A stretch of DNA of 64,000 bases from an uncultured delta proteobacterium. Lineage in GTDB: Bacteria > Desulfobacterota > Binatia > UBA9968. Made by a program: the position numbers and the translations under genes. The stretch lies in contig CAWDPO010000010.1 in the NCBI GenBank assembly GCA_963804165.1, positions 1-64,000 of the forward strand. The letters are read 5' to 3'. The notes beneath the pieces are model-generated. The model had not been told where the DNA came from, ran no database searches, and saw only the letters and a program-made list of their open reading frames with translations. Below are positions 1 to 10,216 of the stretch, piece after piece. Each line of letters starts with the position of its first letter. The stretch's first letter is position 1.

Positions 1-1357
1 AAGTTCGAAGGGGTGCGCGTTTTCACGAACAAGCCCGCCTGCGGACCCAAGCGCGGCCACGGCACGCCGCAGCCGCGCTTCGCGCATGGAGATTCAGCTC
101 GATGAAATCGCCGAAAAGCTCGGCATCGATCCGATCGAGTTGCGCCTGAAACAACTCGTCGGCCCCAACAGCATCACGGTGAACGGTTTGCGCGTCAGCA
201 GCACGGGCCTGCGCGAATGCACCGAGCGCGTCGCCGAGCGCGCCGAGTGGAAGAAGAAATTCCGCAAGCTGCCCTTCGGCCATGGCGTTGGCTTCGCGGC
301 GAGCTCTTACATCAGCGGCGCGGGCTTGCCGATATATTGGAACAACATGCCCCATTCCGGTGTGCAGATTAAGCTCGACCGCAGCGGCGGCGTCGCGGTT
401 TTTTGCGGTTCTATCGATATCGGCCAGGGATCGGATTCCATTCTGGCTTACGCCGTCGCGGAAGAATTCGGCCTCGATCCCGCCGACATCAGAGTACTGA
501 CCGCCGATACGGACTTGACTCCGGTGGATCTCGGCAGCTACTCCAGCCGAGTGACCGTGATGACCGGCAACGCGGCGATTCAGGCTTGTGGCAAGCTCAA
601 GCCGCTGCTCCTCGAAGCCGCGAGCCAAGCGCTGGAAGTTCCGCCGGATGATCTCGAATTCGCCGATGGCAAAGTTCGCAGCGCGCGCCTGCGGGAGCGC
701 GGCATAAGCTTTGCGGACGCCGTAATTAAGGCGGAGAGCAAGTACGGCACGCTGGGCGCCACCGGAAGTTACTGGCCGCCCAAAAACCCGCGCGACTTCA
801 AGGGCTCGGGCGTCGGCCCGACACCGGCCTATAGTTTCACTACTTCCGTCGTCGAGCTTCACTGCGACAGCGTCACCGGCGAAATCAAAATAGATAAAGT
901 TTGGATCGCCCACGACTGTGGACGTGCGTTTAATCCGTTACTCGTGGAAGGTCAAACCGAAGGCAGCGTCTACATGGCTCTCGGCGAAGCGTTGATGGAG
1001 GAGCAGATTTTCCGCAAAAACGGCCTGCACAAGATTCCGTCGATATTGGAATACAAAAGCCCGACGACCTTGGAGACGCCGGAGATCGAAACCATTCTGG
1101 TTGAAACCAACGATCCCGAAGGACCCTACGGCGCCAAAGAAGCCGGCCAAGGACCGCTCTTGCCGGTCGTTCCCGCGGTGGCCAACGCTGTCCATGACGC
1201 GATCGGTGTCCGTATTCATGAAGTTCCGATCACGCCGGACAAAATTCTGCGCGCACTCGACGGTCGATTGAAGGCGATCTCGATTCCCGATTTTCAATTT
1301 CCGGCGCCGATCAAGTGGCATCCGGGCGAAGGGATCGAAGTGACACAAAAAAGCTAG
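1..1357 (+). CDS. hcrA: 4-hydroxybenzoyl-CoA reductase alpha-like molybdopterin subunit (xanthine dehydrogenase family); 5'-partial, frameshift near 85
   Basis: Motifs GPKRGHGTPQ, DIGQGS, GSYSSRVT, EGQTEG, GAKEAGQG; followed by an HcrB-like gene. Confidence 0.75.
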   Translation, partial: SSKGCAFSRTSPPADPSAATARRSRASRMEIQLDEIAEKLGIDPIELRLKQLVGPNSITVNGLRVSSTGLRECTERVAERAEWKKKFRKLPFGHGVGFAASSYISGAGLPIYWNNMPHSGVQIKLDRSGGVAVFCGSIDIGQGSDSILAYAVAEEFGLDPADIRVLTADTDLTPVDLGSYSSRVTVMTGNAAIQACGKLKPLLLEAASQALEVPPDDLEFADGKVRSARLRERGISFADAVIKAESKYGTLGATGSYWPPKNPRDFKGSGVGPTPAYSFTTSVVELHCDSVTGEIKIDKVWIAHDCGRAFNPLLVEGQTEGSVYMALGEALMEEQIFRKNGLHKIPSILEYKSPTTLETPEIETILVETNDPEGPYGAKEAGQGPLLPVVPAVANAVHDAIGVRIHEVPITPDKILRALDGRLKAISIPDFQFPAPIKWHPGEGIEVTQKS

Positions 1358-1366
1358 AATGAATCG

Positions 1367-1446
1367 ACTGTTCAAGGTCCAAGGTTCAACATTCAATGTT
1401 CGACGTCCCCGCCACACCTTGAACTTTGAACCGGGAACCTTGAACC
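1367..1446. repeat. Intergenic palindrome with 7-bp periodic GTTCAA/TTGAAC arms
   Basis: gttcaaggtccaaggttcaacattcaatgttc ... ccttgaactttgaaccgggaaccttgaacc. Confidence 0.75.
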
Positions 1447-1487
1447 AAAGAGGAACTAAGCTAAGTCACTACCACGTGTAACAAACC

Positions 1488-2501
1488 ATGCTTCGACTAC
1501 CAGAATTTAATTACTATCAACCTCGCTCGTTGAAGCAGGCGACCAAAGCTTTGGCCGATCTTGGGCGCCGACGCGATGCTCGTCGCCGGCGGCACAGATG
1601 TGTATCCAAAAATGAAGCGGGGGCAATTTACGCCGCGCCATTTAATTTCGCTCAGAGCGCTGCGCGAGCTGAAGGGAATTCGCCAGAGCAAGGAAGGCGT
1701 TTGGATCGGCGCGGGCGAAAGCCTGACGACGGTTACGCATCATCGCCTGATTACGAAACATTTCCCCGCTCTCGCTCACGCCGCGGAATCCGTGTCGACG
1801 CCCCAGCTGCGAAATATGGGAACCATCGGCGGTAACGTTCTCGTCGATACTCGTTGCAACTATTATGATCAAACTTTTTTCTGGCGCCAGGCCGTCGGCT
1901 TCTGCATGAAAAAGGACGGCGACATCTGTTTGGTCGCGCCCGGCAGCGCGAAGTGCCTGGCGATCGCGTCATCGGACACTTCGCCGGTGTTGGTGAGCTT
2001 GGGAACAGAAGCAATTTTAGTAAGTCCACAGGGCGAGCGCCGCATGAAGCTCGAAGACCTATACCGCGACGACGGAATTGATTATTCCGCCAAAGCGAAA
2101 GAGGAAGTGCTCAAAGGATTATTGATACCGTCGGAAAGTTTAGGCCGGCGCAATGTCTATCTTAAATTGCGCCGGCGGGGATCATTCGATTTTCCGATCT
2201 TGGGCGTCGCCGCGACGATGGATATTGACGACCAGGGCGAATGCCGGCAAGCAAGCGTTGTGTTAACGGCCGTCGCGTCGGCGCCGAAGGTCCTCACCGA
2301 AGCGCCGCACTACTGCAAGGGAAAAAAGTCACTGTGGAGTTGATCGACGCGGTTGCCGAAGCAGCAGCGAAAGTGGCCCACCCGCTCGACAATGCGGATT
2401 TGGATTACTGGTATCGGAAGAAAATGGCCAAAGTGTACACACAAAGAGCCTTGGCACAGCTGGCAGGCATAGAGGAACAGAGTACTGGAGTAATGGAGTG
2501 A
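1488..2501 (+). CDS. hcrB: 4-hydroxybenzoyl-CoA reductase beta-like FAD/[4Fe-4S] subunit (frameshifts near 1560 and 2310)
   Basis: AGGTD and RNMGTIGGN FAD motifs plus the HcrB-type Cys cluster CNYYDQ..WR....FCMKKDGDIC......AKC; split over ORFs 1488, 1561 and 2241. Confidence 0.8.
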
Positions 2502-2548
2502 TGCTCCTAAAGCCCAGTACTCCAACACTCCAGCACTCCAATATTCCA
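2481..2548. repeat. Palindrome with 8-bp periodic arms (GGAGTRAT / CCARYACT)
   Basis: agtactggagtaatggagtgatg ... ccagtactccaacactccagcactccaatattcca. Confidence 0.7.
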
Positions 2549-2566
2549 TAGCCTAGGGAGTTTTCC

Positions 2567-3994
2567 ATGAGCAAGGATCTGCGAGTCTTTCTCGACGACC
2601 TGCAAGAGCGGCTGCCCTATGACTTTGTCCGCATCGACCGCCCGGTCTCGCCTAAAGACTTCGAAGTGACCGCTCTGCTCCAGCACCTCGAGAATCAAAA
2701 AAAATTTCCTGTCCTGTTTTTTGAGAAACCGCTCGATCTCAACGGTAAACCCTCCGCTTTCCCGCTGCTGAGCAATGTCTTCGCCACCCGCCAGCGTTGC
2801 GCGCTGTCTCTCGGCATGAAAGCCAATGAAGGCGACTTGCCGCTGAGCCTGGAGTATGCGCGCCGCGAGGATATGTTGCTTGCGCCGGCAACGATTCCCC
2901 GCAGCGAGGCGCCGGTCAAACAAGTCATCAAACGCGGTGACGAAGCGAATATTTACGATCTCCCCGTCGTTCGCCACCATGCAATGGACCCGGCGCCGTA
3001 CATCGACATGACGCCGGTAATGAAGGACCCCGATGGAGGTTTTTACAATATCGCCTTCCAACGCAACATGGTGAAGGGACCAAGAAAGCTCGGCCTACAC
3101 ATGTCGCCGCGGCACAACTGGCAAATCCATCGCAAGAACGAAGAGAAAAACCGGCCGACGCCTGTGGCCATCGTCGTCAGCCATCATCCGGCATTTTATT
3201 TGGGCTCGCTGAATGTCTCACCATTCGGTGTGGACGACTATGCCAAGGTCGGCGCCATCATGGGAACGCCTTTGAGGCTCACGCCTTCGGAAACTCTCGG
3301 TGAGGATTTCATGGTGCCGGCCGACGCCGAGATGGTAATCGAAGGGCATGTGCTTCCCAACGTGAAAGAAGTCGAAGGACCGTTCGGAGAATTCACCGGT
3401 TACTACGGCCCGCAACGGCTGCGCAACGTCATCGAAGTAAGCGCCATAACGCACCGCAGGGATGCGATCTTTCAGCATATCTTTACCGGTCACCGCGACA
3501 CTTGGGTGCTTGGTGGCATTCCCAAAGAGGGCAGCCTTTTCAATCTCATCCGCGGCGTCGTACCAACAATTAAAGCCGTGCATTTCCCGATGTCGGGCAG
3601 CTGCCGCTTTAACTGCTACATTTCCATCGACAAGAAAGTCGACGGCGAGACCAAGCAGGCAGCACTGGCCGCGCTCGGCGGCTGCGATTTCGTCAAGCAC
3701 GTCGTGGTCGTCGACGCCGATATCGACATTTATAACGAAGAGGAAGTCATGTGGGCCGTGGCCACGCGGGTGCAAGCGGACCAGGACGTAGACATCATTA
3801 AAAACGTAAAAGGCAACACTCTCGATCCGTCCCAGACCGACAACATCATGACCGCTAAGATGATCATCGACGCCACCAAACCGGTTCAGCGTCCCTACGA
3901 AGCGCGCGTCGCCGTTCCAAAAACGGCGATGGAAAAAACGCGCCTCGAAGATTTCATTCCACGCGCGCTGTTAGATCGAGTGCCGAAAGTCTAG
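2567..3994 (+). CDS. UbiD-family prFMN-dependent (de)carboxylase
   Basis: EGPFGEFTGYY motif, VVVVDADIDI..EEVMWAVATR, LDPS, KMIIDATK. Confidence 0.92.
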   Translation: MSKDLRVFLDDLQERLPYDFVRIDRPVSPKDFEVTALLQHLENQKKFPVLFFEKPLDLNGKPSAFPLLSNVFATRQRCALSLGMKANEGDLPLSLEYARREDMLLAPATIPRSEAPVKQVIKRGDEANIYDLPVVRHHAMDPAPYIDMTPVMKDPDGGFYNIAFQRNMVKGPRKLGLHMSPRHNWQIHRKNEEKNRPTPVAIVVSHHPAFYLGSLNVSPFGVDDYAKVGAIMGTPLRLTPSETLGEDFMVPADAEMVIEGHVLPNVKEVEGPFGEFTGYYGPQRLRNVIEVSAITHRRDAIFQHIFTGHRDTWVLGGIPKEGSLFNLIRGVVPTIKAVHFPMSGSCRFNCYISIDKKVDGETKQAALAALGGCDFVKHVVVVDADIDIYNEEEVMWAVATRVQADQDVDIIKNVKGNTLDPSQTDNIMTAKMIIDATKPVQRPYEARVAVPKTAMEKTRLEDFIPRALLDRVPKV

Positions 3995-4096
3995 CCAAGA
4001 GATAAATGACTCGCGCAATGCATGCCGTGAGCAACGTCGAAGGGACGCAAACGACACCAAGGAAATTCACTCGAAGTAGGAGTTTGATAAACTCCA

Positions 4097-4225
4097 ACCT
4101 TTGCGAGCTTGGCGTGCTTGGCGCGATAGATTCCGAATCCGAAAGAGTTTTCTCGCGCAAAGCGCGCAAAGGACGCCAAGTTAGGAGAGATTGGAAAATT
4201 AATTACTTGGCGTGCTTGGCGCGAT
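4097..4225. repeat. Palindromic element with 9-bp periodic arms (CTTGGCGTG / CGCAAAG)
   Basis: ctttgcgagcttggcgtgcttggcgcga ... tcgcgcaaagcgcgcaaaggacgccaag ... cttggcgtgcttggcgcga; related element at 44845-44990. Confidence 0.65.
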
Positions 4226-4247
4226 AGAAAATCAGAGGGTAACATCC

Positions 4248-4397
4248 GTGACGAAAATTTTTTGGGTGACCTGCCCACAATGCAAGGGCGAATTTTATTG
4301 TCACTGCCAAGAACTTCGCCACAAAAAAATCAAGCTTCTCTGTCCCTATTGCAGCCACCAGTTTTTGGACGAGGAGAGTCCGAAGGTCGTCGAGTGA
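4248..4397 (+). CDS. Small zinc-ribbon protein (49 aa, two CxxC)
   Basis: GTG start after gaggg RBS; MTKIFWVTCPQC...LLCPYC. Confidence 0.7.
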   Translation: MTKIFWVTCPQCKGEFYCHCQELRHKKIKLLCPYCSHQFLDEESPKVVE

Positions 4398-4417
4398 GGA
4401 GCAGAGTCACCTAAAAT

Positions 4418-4542
4418 GATTTTGGATTTTCGATTGCCGATTTTCGATTGAAGGCAAGAAACTCACATGGAGAAAATGCTCTGGGCCCGAGTTCTCAATC
4501 CTGATTTCGATAATCGGAAATCTAAAATCCAAAATCGAAAAT
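4418..4542. repeat. Palindrome with 7-bp periodic arms (GATTTTG / AAAATCY) overlapping the start of the next gene
   Basis: gattttggattttcgattgccgatttttcgattg ... aatcggaaatctaaaatccaaaatcgaaaatt; similar at 8195-8277 and 10075-10215. Confidence 0.7.
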
Positions 4543-5516
4543 TGGTGGGGATTGTTGCTCTCGCTGTCATACTGGCGATTTGCGGGGCGAGGGCAGAGGC
4601 GCAGCAGTCGAAAAACGTCCCTCGTATAGGTTATTTGTCGGTACTCTCACCTTCTTCTGATTCCGCCCGCCTTGAGGCGTTCCGCCGAGGGTTGCGAGAG
4701 CTGGGCTACGCTGACGGACAGAGCATCACCATCGAGTCCCAATACGCGGAGGGGAAGTTGGATCGGCTCCCCTACCTGGCGGGGGAGCTAGTTCGTCTAA
4801 AGGTTGATGTCATGGTTGTCGGCGGATCTACCGCAACTAGAGCGGCTAAAAATGTCACCAAGCTGACCCCAATCGTCATGGCGCACGGTAGTGACCCTGT
4901 TGAGCTCGGGTTCGTGGCGAGCCTTGCGAGACCTGGGGGAAACATCACAGGGTTAACCCACCTCGCACCGGAGCTAGGGGGGAAACGCCTGGAGCTGCTC
5001 AAAGACATTATTGCCCAGCTTTCCCGCGTGGCCGTCCTCACGGATTCAGGCACTCAAGGCCACGGTCCGCAAATAAAAGAGCTTGAGGTCGCTGCACGGG
5101 CATTGAGTCTGCAACTTCGACTTGCAGACGTTCGAGGACCCAACGAGTTGGAGAGCGCTTTTTCGGCAATGACCACGGGGGGTGCCAGCGCTTTTATCAG
5201 CTTGCAACTGCCTACGTTGGATCGTCTTCGAGAACGGATCGTGGACCTTGCGGCCAAGAACCGGCTGCCAGCGATGTATCCAAACAGCGAATATGTCGAG
5301 ACAGGCGGTCTCATGTCTTATGCGGCTGACATTGTCGCCATGTTCCGCCACTCCGCCGTCTATGTCGATAAAATACTCAAGGGCACGAAGCCCGCCGATC
5401 TTCCCGTCGAACAGCCGAAGAAGTTCGAGTTCATCATCAATCTGAAAGCCGCCAAGCAGATCGGCCTGACGATTCCACCAAATGTGCTGGTGAGAGCAGA
5501 CAGGGTGATCAAGTGA
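4467..5516 (+). CDS. ABC transporter substrate-binding protein (ABC_sub_bind family)
   Basis: Signal peptide, RIGYL, DPV..GFVASLARPGGNITG, GKRLELLK, YVDKILKG.KPADLPVEQP. Confidence 0.92.
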   Translation: MEKMLWARVLNPDFDNRKSKIQNRKLVGIVALAVILAICGARAEAQQSKNVPRIGYLSVLSPSSDSARLEAFRRGLRELGYADGQSITIESQYAEGKLDRLPYLAGELVRLKVDVMVVGGSTATRAAKNVTKLTPIVMAHGSDPVELGFVASLARPGGNITGLTHLAPELGGKRLELLKDIIAQLSRVAVLTDSGTQGHGPQIKELEVAARALSLQLRLADVRGPNELESAFSAMTTGGASAFISLQLPTLDRLRERIVDLAAKNRLPAMYPNSEYVETGGLMSYAADIVAMFRHSAVYVDKILKGTKPADLPVEQPKKFEFIINLKAAKQIGLTIPPNVLVRADRVIK

Positions 5517-6076
5517 GAAGAGGGGCGAGTGACGAGTGTCGAGTGGGGAGAGCAGAGAAAAACATGAAGAGAAAAATCACCGTCCTTTACCCTTGGCGCT
5601 ATGCTCTTTACGCTTTGTTCCCCCGCCCAGGCGCAGCAGCCAACGAAAGTCCCCCGGATAGGATATCTAGTGTCGCGCGCCGGGCCGGGGCCCAACGACC
5701 AGGGATTCCAGCAAGGTCTGCGCGAGTTGGGCTATGTCGAGGGACAGAATATCGTCGTTGAGAGGCGCTGGGCGGGCGGAAACCCAGATCGACTCCCTGA
5801 TCTTGCCGCTGATCTGGTCCGTCTCAAGGTTGATGTTATTTTCGCGGGCGGTGCAACGGTTGGTGCGGCTAATAAGGCGACCGGAACGATTCCGATCGTC
5901 TTTATGGCCGAAGGAGATCCAGTGAGGCTCGGTCTCGTTACCAGTCTCGCGCGGCCGGGAGGAAACCTCACTGGGCTAACCGTCCTTGCCGATGAGCTAG
6001 CTGGAAAACGGCTGGAGATCCTCAAGGAAGTCATTCCCAGAATCTCTCGCGTTGCTATCCTATGGCATTCCACTAG

Positions 6077-7733
6077 CCCTAATTATTCATGGTTTTGAAA
6101 TTTGGGTGTAAAAAATTTCGTTGGTTAGCTATGCGCCTTCAATCAGCATTTGAATTCTAAGTTTCAGGATAACAGAGGTTGACGTTTGGCCCAGTAAGCG
6201 AGGGGAAAACGCGTTTGAGAAAATAGCTTTGAGTTGCACTGTTGGGAGTGCTGAAAACTGGCCACACTGAGATGTCGCAAAGCGCAGCTTAACTGGGCGC
6301 AGCTTGGGGCATGCTTTTAAGTGTTTGCCAGACCTCCACGAATAGATCACGCCCGGGCCAGCTCGAAGAGAGATGAAACCACAGGCGGCGAGCACTTTGG
6401 ACAAAGCGGGCCCCGACTTTGAACAGCTTAACCCGTAAGGTCTCCAACCGAACCTGAGCGAGGTGAGTTTTTTTAAGCGCATGCACACGAAAGAGCACCA
6501 GCAACTGGTAAGCGAGCGCGTGGAGTTGAAGGCGAAACGCATTGGCGCGATAGCGGTGGCAGGAAAGCCGATCCGAGTTAAGATCGCGCTTAAACTCTTG
6601 GATCCGATTCTCGCACTGTCCTCGGTCGTCATAGCCGTCAAAGATGTCTTGGGCTCTGCCCGGACGGTTGGTAACGACAAAACGCAGGTTGGTGCCCAGA
6701 GGACCGACTTCGATTTTGACCACAATTTTTCTTTGTTTGGGCCAGCTTCGGGCCCGGTGTCGAAAGCTATAGAAAACTCTGACGGTTTGGCGGCTGCGGG
6801 CATACTTGCGTTTGGCTCGCCTAAGCCAGCGCTCGGTTCTTTGTTGAAACACCGCGTTGGTGGCGATGCCGATGGCGTAGAGGACTTGGAGGGATTCCAA
6901 GGTGGCATAGATTTCTGGAGTGGCCGAGCCGGCATCGGCGCGGTAACTGATCTGACTTTTGGAAAAGCGCCGCTTAACGATGGGAACCAGCCGTTTAAGC
7001 TCAACGGCGATCCCCTCTGAAGCCGAGGCATTGCCGGGGCGAAGCCGGGCCGAGAGTAGACAGCCCGTGTTGGCTTCAAAGAAAAACAGTGGGTGATACA
7101 TGTGCTCGCCGTATTTGCCGTGGAAAAAAGCCAATTGTTGCTGGCCGTGGCAGGGATCGTCGGTAGAGTCGCAGTCCAGTAATATTTCTTTGGGAGTTTC
7201 CCGCTTGTTGTAACCATGCGCGATGAACCACTTAAGACCAAGCTCGCTGAGCCGTCTGATGCTTGGCCAGTCGGCGTGATTCTCCAAGCGCGACAGCGTA
7301 GGCTGAGAGGCCAGTGGATCGGTTTTCCCGACGATGGCCTGAAAGGTCGGATCGTTTCGCAACCTGTCAGCGTCATCGCAATCCTGGTAGCCTGCGGCGA
7401 TCTGGTAGATTCTCTGACAGAGCATTTGATGAGGGTCGTGTTCGATGAACCCTGAATGGCGCCAGTCGTTAAATAGACCCCCCACTTTCTTGGTGAGCGC
7501 CAGTTGCTCGTCGAACTGGCGCAAAAGTAAAAGCCCCGAGTCGCTGGTGATCTGCCCGCCGTTGAAATCCAGAACGATTTTCGATTGAAAACCAAGCGTG
7601 AGTTGACTATGACACTGTGTAGCCATCGCTCCTCCGTCTGCTGTACAAGGCTGATTTGGTCGTCAACCTTATTTTTACCACAGTTCGACGGTGCCGATGG
7701 CTTTCTTATTTGCTTAACCATGAATAATCCGGG
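6077..7733 (-). mobile_element. IS1380-family insertion sequence
   Basis: TIRs ccctaattattcatggtt / aaccatgaataatccggg; CTAG duplicated at 6073-6076 and 7734-7737. Confidence 0.93.
6289..7626 (-). CDS. IS1380-family DDE transposase
   Basis: F.GGQITSDSG, LASQPTLSRLEN, LDCDSTDD..HGQQQ, RADAG, Y..RGQCENRI. Confidence 0.93.
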   Translation of the reverse strand: MATQCHSQLTLGFQSKIVLDFNGGQITSDSGLLLLRQFDEQLALTKKVGGLFNDWRHSGFIEHDPHQMLCQRIYQIAAGYQDCDDADRLRNDPTFQAIVGKTDPLASQPTLSRLENHADWPSIRRLSELGLKWFIAHGYNKRETPKEILLDCDSTDDPCHGQQQLAFFHGKYGEHMYHPLFFFEANTGCLLSARLRPGNASASEGIAVELKRLVPIVKRRFSKSQISYRADAGSATPEIYATLESLQVLYAIGIATNAVFQQRTERWLRRAKRKYARSRQTVRVFYSFRHRARSWPKQRKIVVKIEVGPLGTNLRFVVTNRPGRAQDIFDGYDDRGQCENRIQEFKRDLNSDRLSCHRYRANAFRLQLHALAYQLLVLFRVHALKKTHLAQVRLETLRVKLFKVGARFVQSARRLWFHLSSSWPGRDLFVEVWQTLKSMPQAAPS

Positions 7734-8366
7734 CTAGTGAGGTGAGCCAACTGAAAACTTCAGAGGCGGCGGGACAGTCATTGGGGCTTCGGCTTCAAAT
7801 CCTGGAGGTGGGAGATCCTAAGGATTTCGAAAGCGCGTTTGGGGCTGCGAAAAAGGGGCGTGCCGAGGGGCTCATCCAGTTGGCTTCCACATTCCTGGTT
7901 ACGCATAGAAAGCCCATCTTGGATCTCGCAGCCAAGAGCCGGCTCCCCGCGATGTACGAACACAGGGGCTTTGCAGATGATGGGGGGCTTATGTCCTATG
8001 GGCCAAGCCTGCCTGAATTGTATCGGCGCGCTGCCACCTTCGTGGACAAGATCCTTAAAGGAGCCAAGCCCGCGGACCTTCCAGTCGAGCAGCCGACCAA
8101 ATTTGAGTTCATCATAAATCTGAAGGCGGGCCAAGCAAATCGGCCTGACGATCCCTCCGAATGTCTTGGTCAGAGCAGACAGAGTAATCAAGTAATTTTA
8201 GATTTTCGATTAGGAAGACAAAGACATGAATAAAACATTGCTCCTTCCCCAACAATTGGAAATCCAAAATCTAAAATGGAGTGATTGCCGATTAAGAAAA
8301 CGATAAAAACGGAAGTTGTCTGGAGCTGAGAGTTGATGAGTACACCAATTAGCGGTACCCTAATTA

Positions 8367-8642
8367 ATGATCAAACAGGTCGATATCCGGGCGGTAGAAA
8401 ACGACCTGATAAAGACGCCTAAAGCTTTAGTCATTAAGTTTCAAAAGTGGGTTGATGATATCGAGAAGTACGGTCTGGAAGAGGTTCGAAAAGTGCGGGG
8501 TTGGCATGACCATACGCTCAAGGGCAACCGCGCAGGACAAAGGGCCATTTACCTAAACAAAAGATGGCGTGCGGTCTACGTGATTGAGGGAGACGAAGTA
8601 AAAATCGTGAAAGTCATAGAGGTGCACCCCCATGAGTACTAA
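8367..8642 (+). CDS. HigB/RelE-like mRNA interferase toxin
   Basis: 91 aa, HDHTLKGNRAGQRAIYLNKRWRAVY..EVHPHEY; overlaps the downstream HTH gene. Confidence 0.82.
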   Translation: MIKQVDIRAVENDLIKTPKALVIKFQKWVDDIEKYGLEEVRKVRGWHDHTLKGNRAGQRAIYLNKRWRAVYVIEGDEVKIVKVIEVHPHEY

Positions 8643-8943
8643 GAAAAAAAGTGATGCGATGCAGTTCTTAGAAAGCCTGGTCGGGGAGTTAACGTTTGGC
8701 GGAGTGATCGAAGCGATGCGCCAAGCTGAGGAGATGTCTCAGGTTGATTTTGCCAAGAAGCTCGGAATTTCTAAGCAGCACTTGTGCGACATCGAGAAGA
8801 GTCGCAAGTTTGTGAGTCCTGAGCGCGCCGCGAAGTTCGCCAAGATCCTGGGACATTCGGAACAGAGCTTTGTGGCTCTCGCGCTCCAGGACATCGTCAA
8901 TCAGGGTGGGCTGAAGTTAAAAGTCAGTGTAGAGGCGGCATAA
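8632..8943 (+). CDS. HigA-like XRE HTH antitoxin
   Basis: MSQVDFAKKLGISKQHLCDIEK HTH; toxin-first gene order. Confidence 0.82.
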   Translation: MSTKKKSDAMQFLESLVGELTFGGVIEAMRQAEEMSQVDFAKKLGISKQHLCDIEKSRKFVSPERAAKFAKILGHSEQSFVALALQDIVNQGGLKLKVSVEAA

Positions 8944-9148
8944 AACGTTCCGAGGCGTTCGCCTCCTCAGATTCCAAAGGGAGTTGAGTGACCGATTGGC
9001 GATTTTGAACTTGGAGGACAGTGGGCCGCTCGAAAGAAATTTTTAAAACTCGATGTTTCCGGTTCGCAAGTTCTTGGCGAGAAGTCCGAAATTCATAAAC
9101 CGACCGCTCCTCGCAACGTCGATTCGAAGCTGGTAGCATGGCGATCGC

Positions 9149-9433
9149 ATGGATCTAGTTGATCTCAGTCCGTTTCCAGGTGGTGTGCTTATTCGCCAGG
9201 GTCTCGATCATCTCGCTCAAGGGGTGGAGTCCGAAGCCGCATTGCTCGTGCTGATTGGCGCGCCGCGGCTGCGGCGACTGGGACTCAATGTCCGCGAATG
9301 CGAGGGGAAGCCGCCCGAGCATAGGCTCTATGAACTGCTCTCCGTCTCGGATCCTGATTCCGCTCATTCCCGCTACAACGCCTTGATTCGCCGCCTAGTA
9401 AGCTTCGAGCGAGCCGTCGAATGCGCCGGGTAG
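9149..9433 (+). CDS. Hypothetical protein, coupled to the downstream nucleotidyltransferase
   Basis: 94 aa ORF overlapping the next start; AHSRYNALIRRLVSFERA. Confidence 0.7.
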   Translation: MDLVDLSPFPGGVLIRQGLDHLAQGVESEAALLVLIGAPRLRRLGLNVRECEGKPPEHRLYELLSVSDPDSAHSRYNALIRRLVSFERAVECAG

Positions 9434-9954
9434 CGCAGCGCGAAGACATCGATCATTTCATTACGGCTCTTGCTCGCAGAGCCACAAAGCAGACCCGCCT
9501 TTATTTTACCGGCGGCGCGACCGCAGTCTTGCTGGGATGGCGCGCCAGTACCATCGATGTGGATATCCATATTGTTCCAGACGATGACCTCCTTCTTCGC
9601 GCCCTGCCCGAGCTAAAAGAAAGTCTTGAGCTGAACGTGAAACTGGCTTGCCCCGCGCACTTCATCCCCGAGCTTCCCGGCTGGCAGGAACGCAGCTTGT
9701 TCATCACCCAAGAGGAAAAATTGAGCTTCTTCCACTATGATCTGTATGCGCAGGCCCTCGCCAAGATTGAGCGCGGTCACGCGCTCGACGTCACGGATGT
9801 CGAGCAGATGTTTCATCGCGCTTTCATCGAACCGGCCCAGCTAAAGGATCTTTTCGAAGCGATTGCGCCGCAGCTTTACCGCTACCCAGCGATCGATCCC
9901 CTGGCCTTCCGGCGAGCGCTTGAGAAAATGCTTGCGGATCAGGAAAAATCGTGA
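9421..9954 (+). CDS. DUF6036-like nucleotidyltransferase
   Basis: YFTGGATAVLLGWRASTIDVD polymerase-beta-type motif; LAKIERGH..D..D. Confidence 0.75.
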   Translation: MRRVAQREDIDHFITALARRATKQTRLYFTGGATAVLLGWRASTIDVDIHIVPDDDLLLRALPELKESLELNVKLACPAHFIPELPGWQERSLFITQEEKLSFFHYDLYAQALAKIERGHALDVTDVEQMFHRAFIEPAQLKDLFEAIAPQLYRYPAIDPLAFRRALEKMLADQEKS

Positions 9955-10216
9955 CCGCACATTCCTTGGGATCAAGATTAATCTACCGTCGAAACTTCAT
10001 GGGCGGATCTTCGCGGAACGTCCTCCCTCTTTTTTCTAAACTTACTCGCTTAGGCGACAGAGTAATAAAGATTGGCTATTTGCGATTTTAGTTTGGGGAG
10101 AGAAAAAACGCATGAATGAAAAGTCTTGGCTCCGAATTCTGACTTCTTGCTCCGACAATCGAAAATCTAAAACCTGTCCTGAGCCAAGCCGAAGGATCCA
10201 AAACCTGTACTGAGCT

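Larger units (their letters stand above)
5564..8195 (+). pseudogene. ABC substrate-binding protein paralog interrupted by IS1380
   Basis: N-half 5564-6076 and C-half 7738-8195; removing the IS and one CTAG restores the frame W-H-S-T-S-E-V-S-Q-L-K. Confidence 0.9.

Noticed and set aside
6129-7721. 530-aa minus-strand ORF overlapping the IS1380 transposase
   Set aside because: Alternative frame of the transposase gene with no recognisable motifs.
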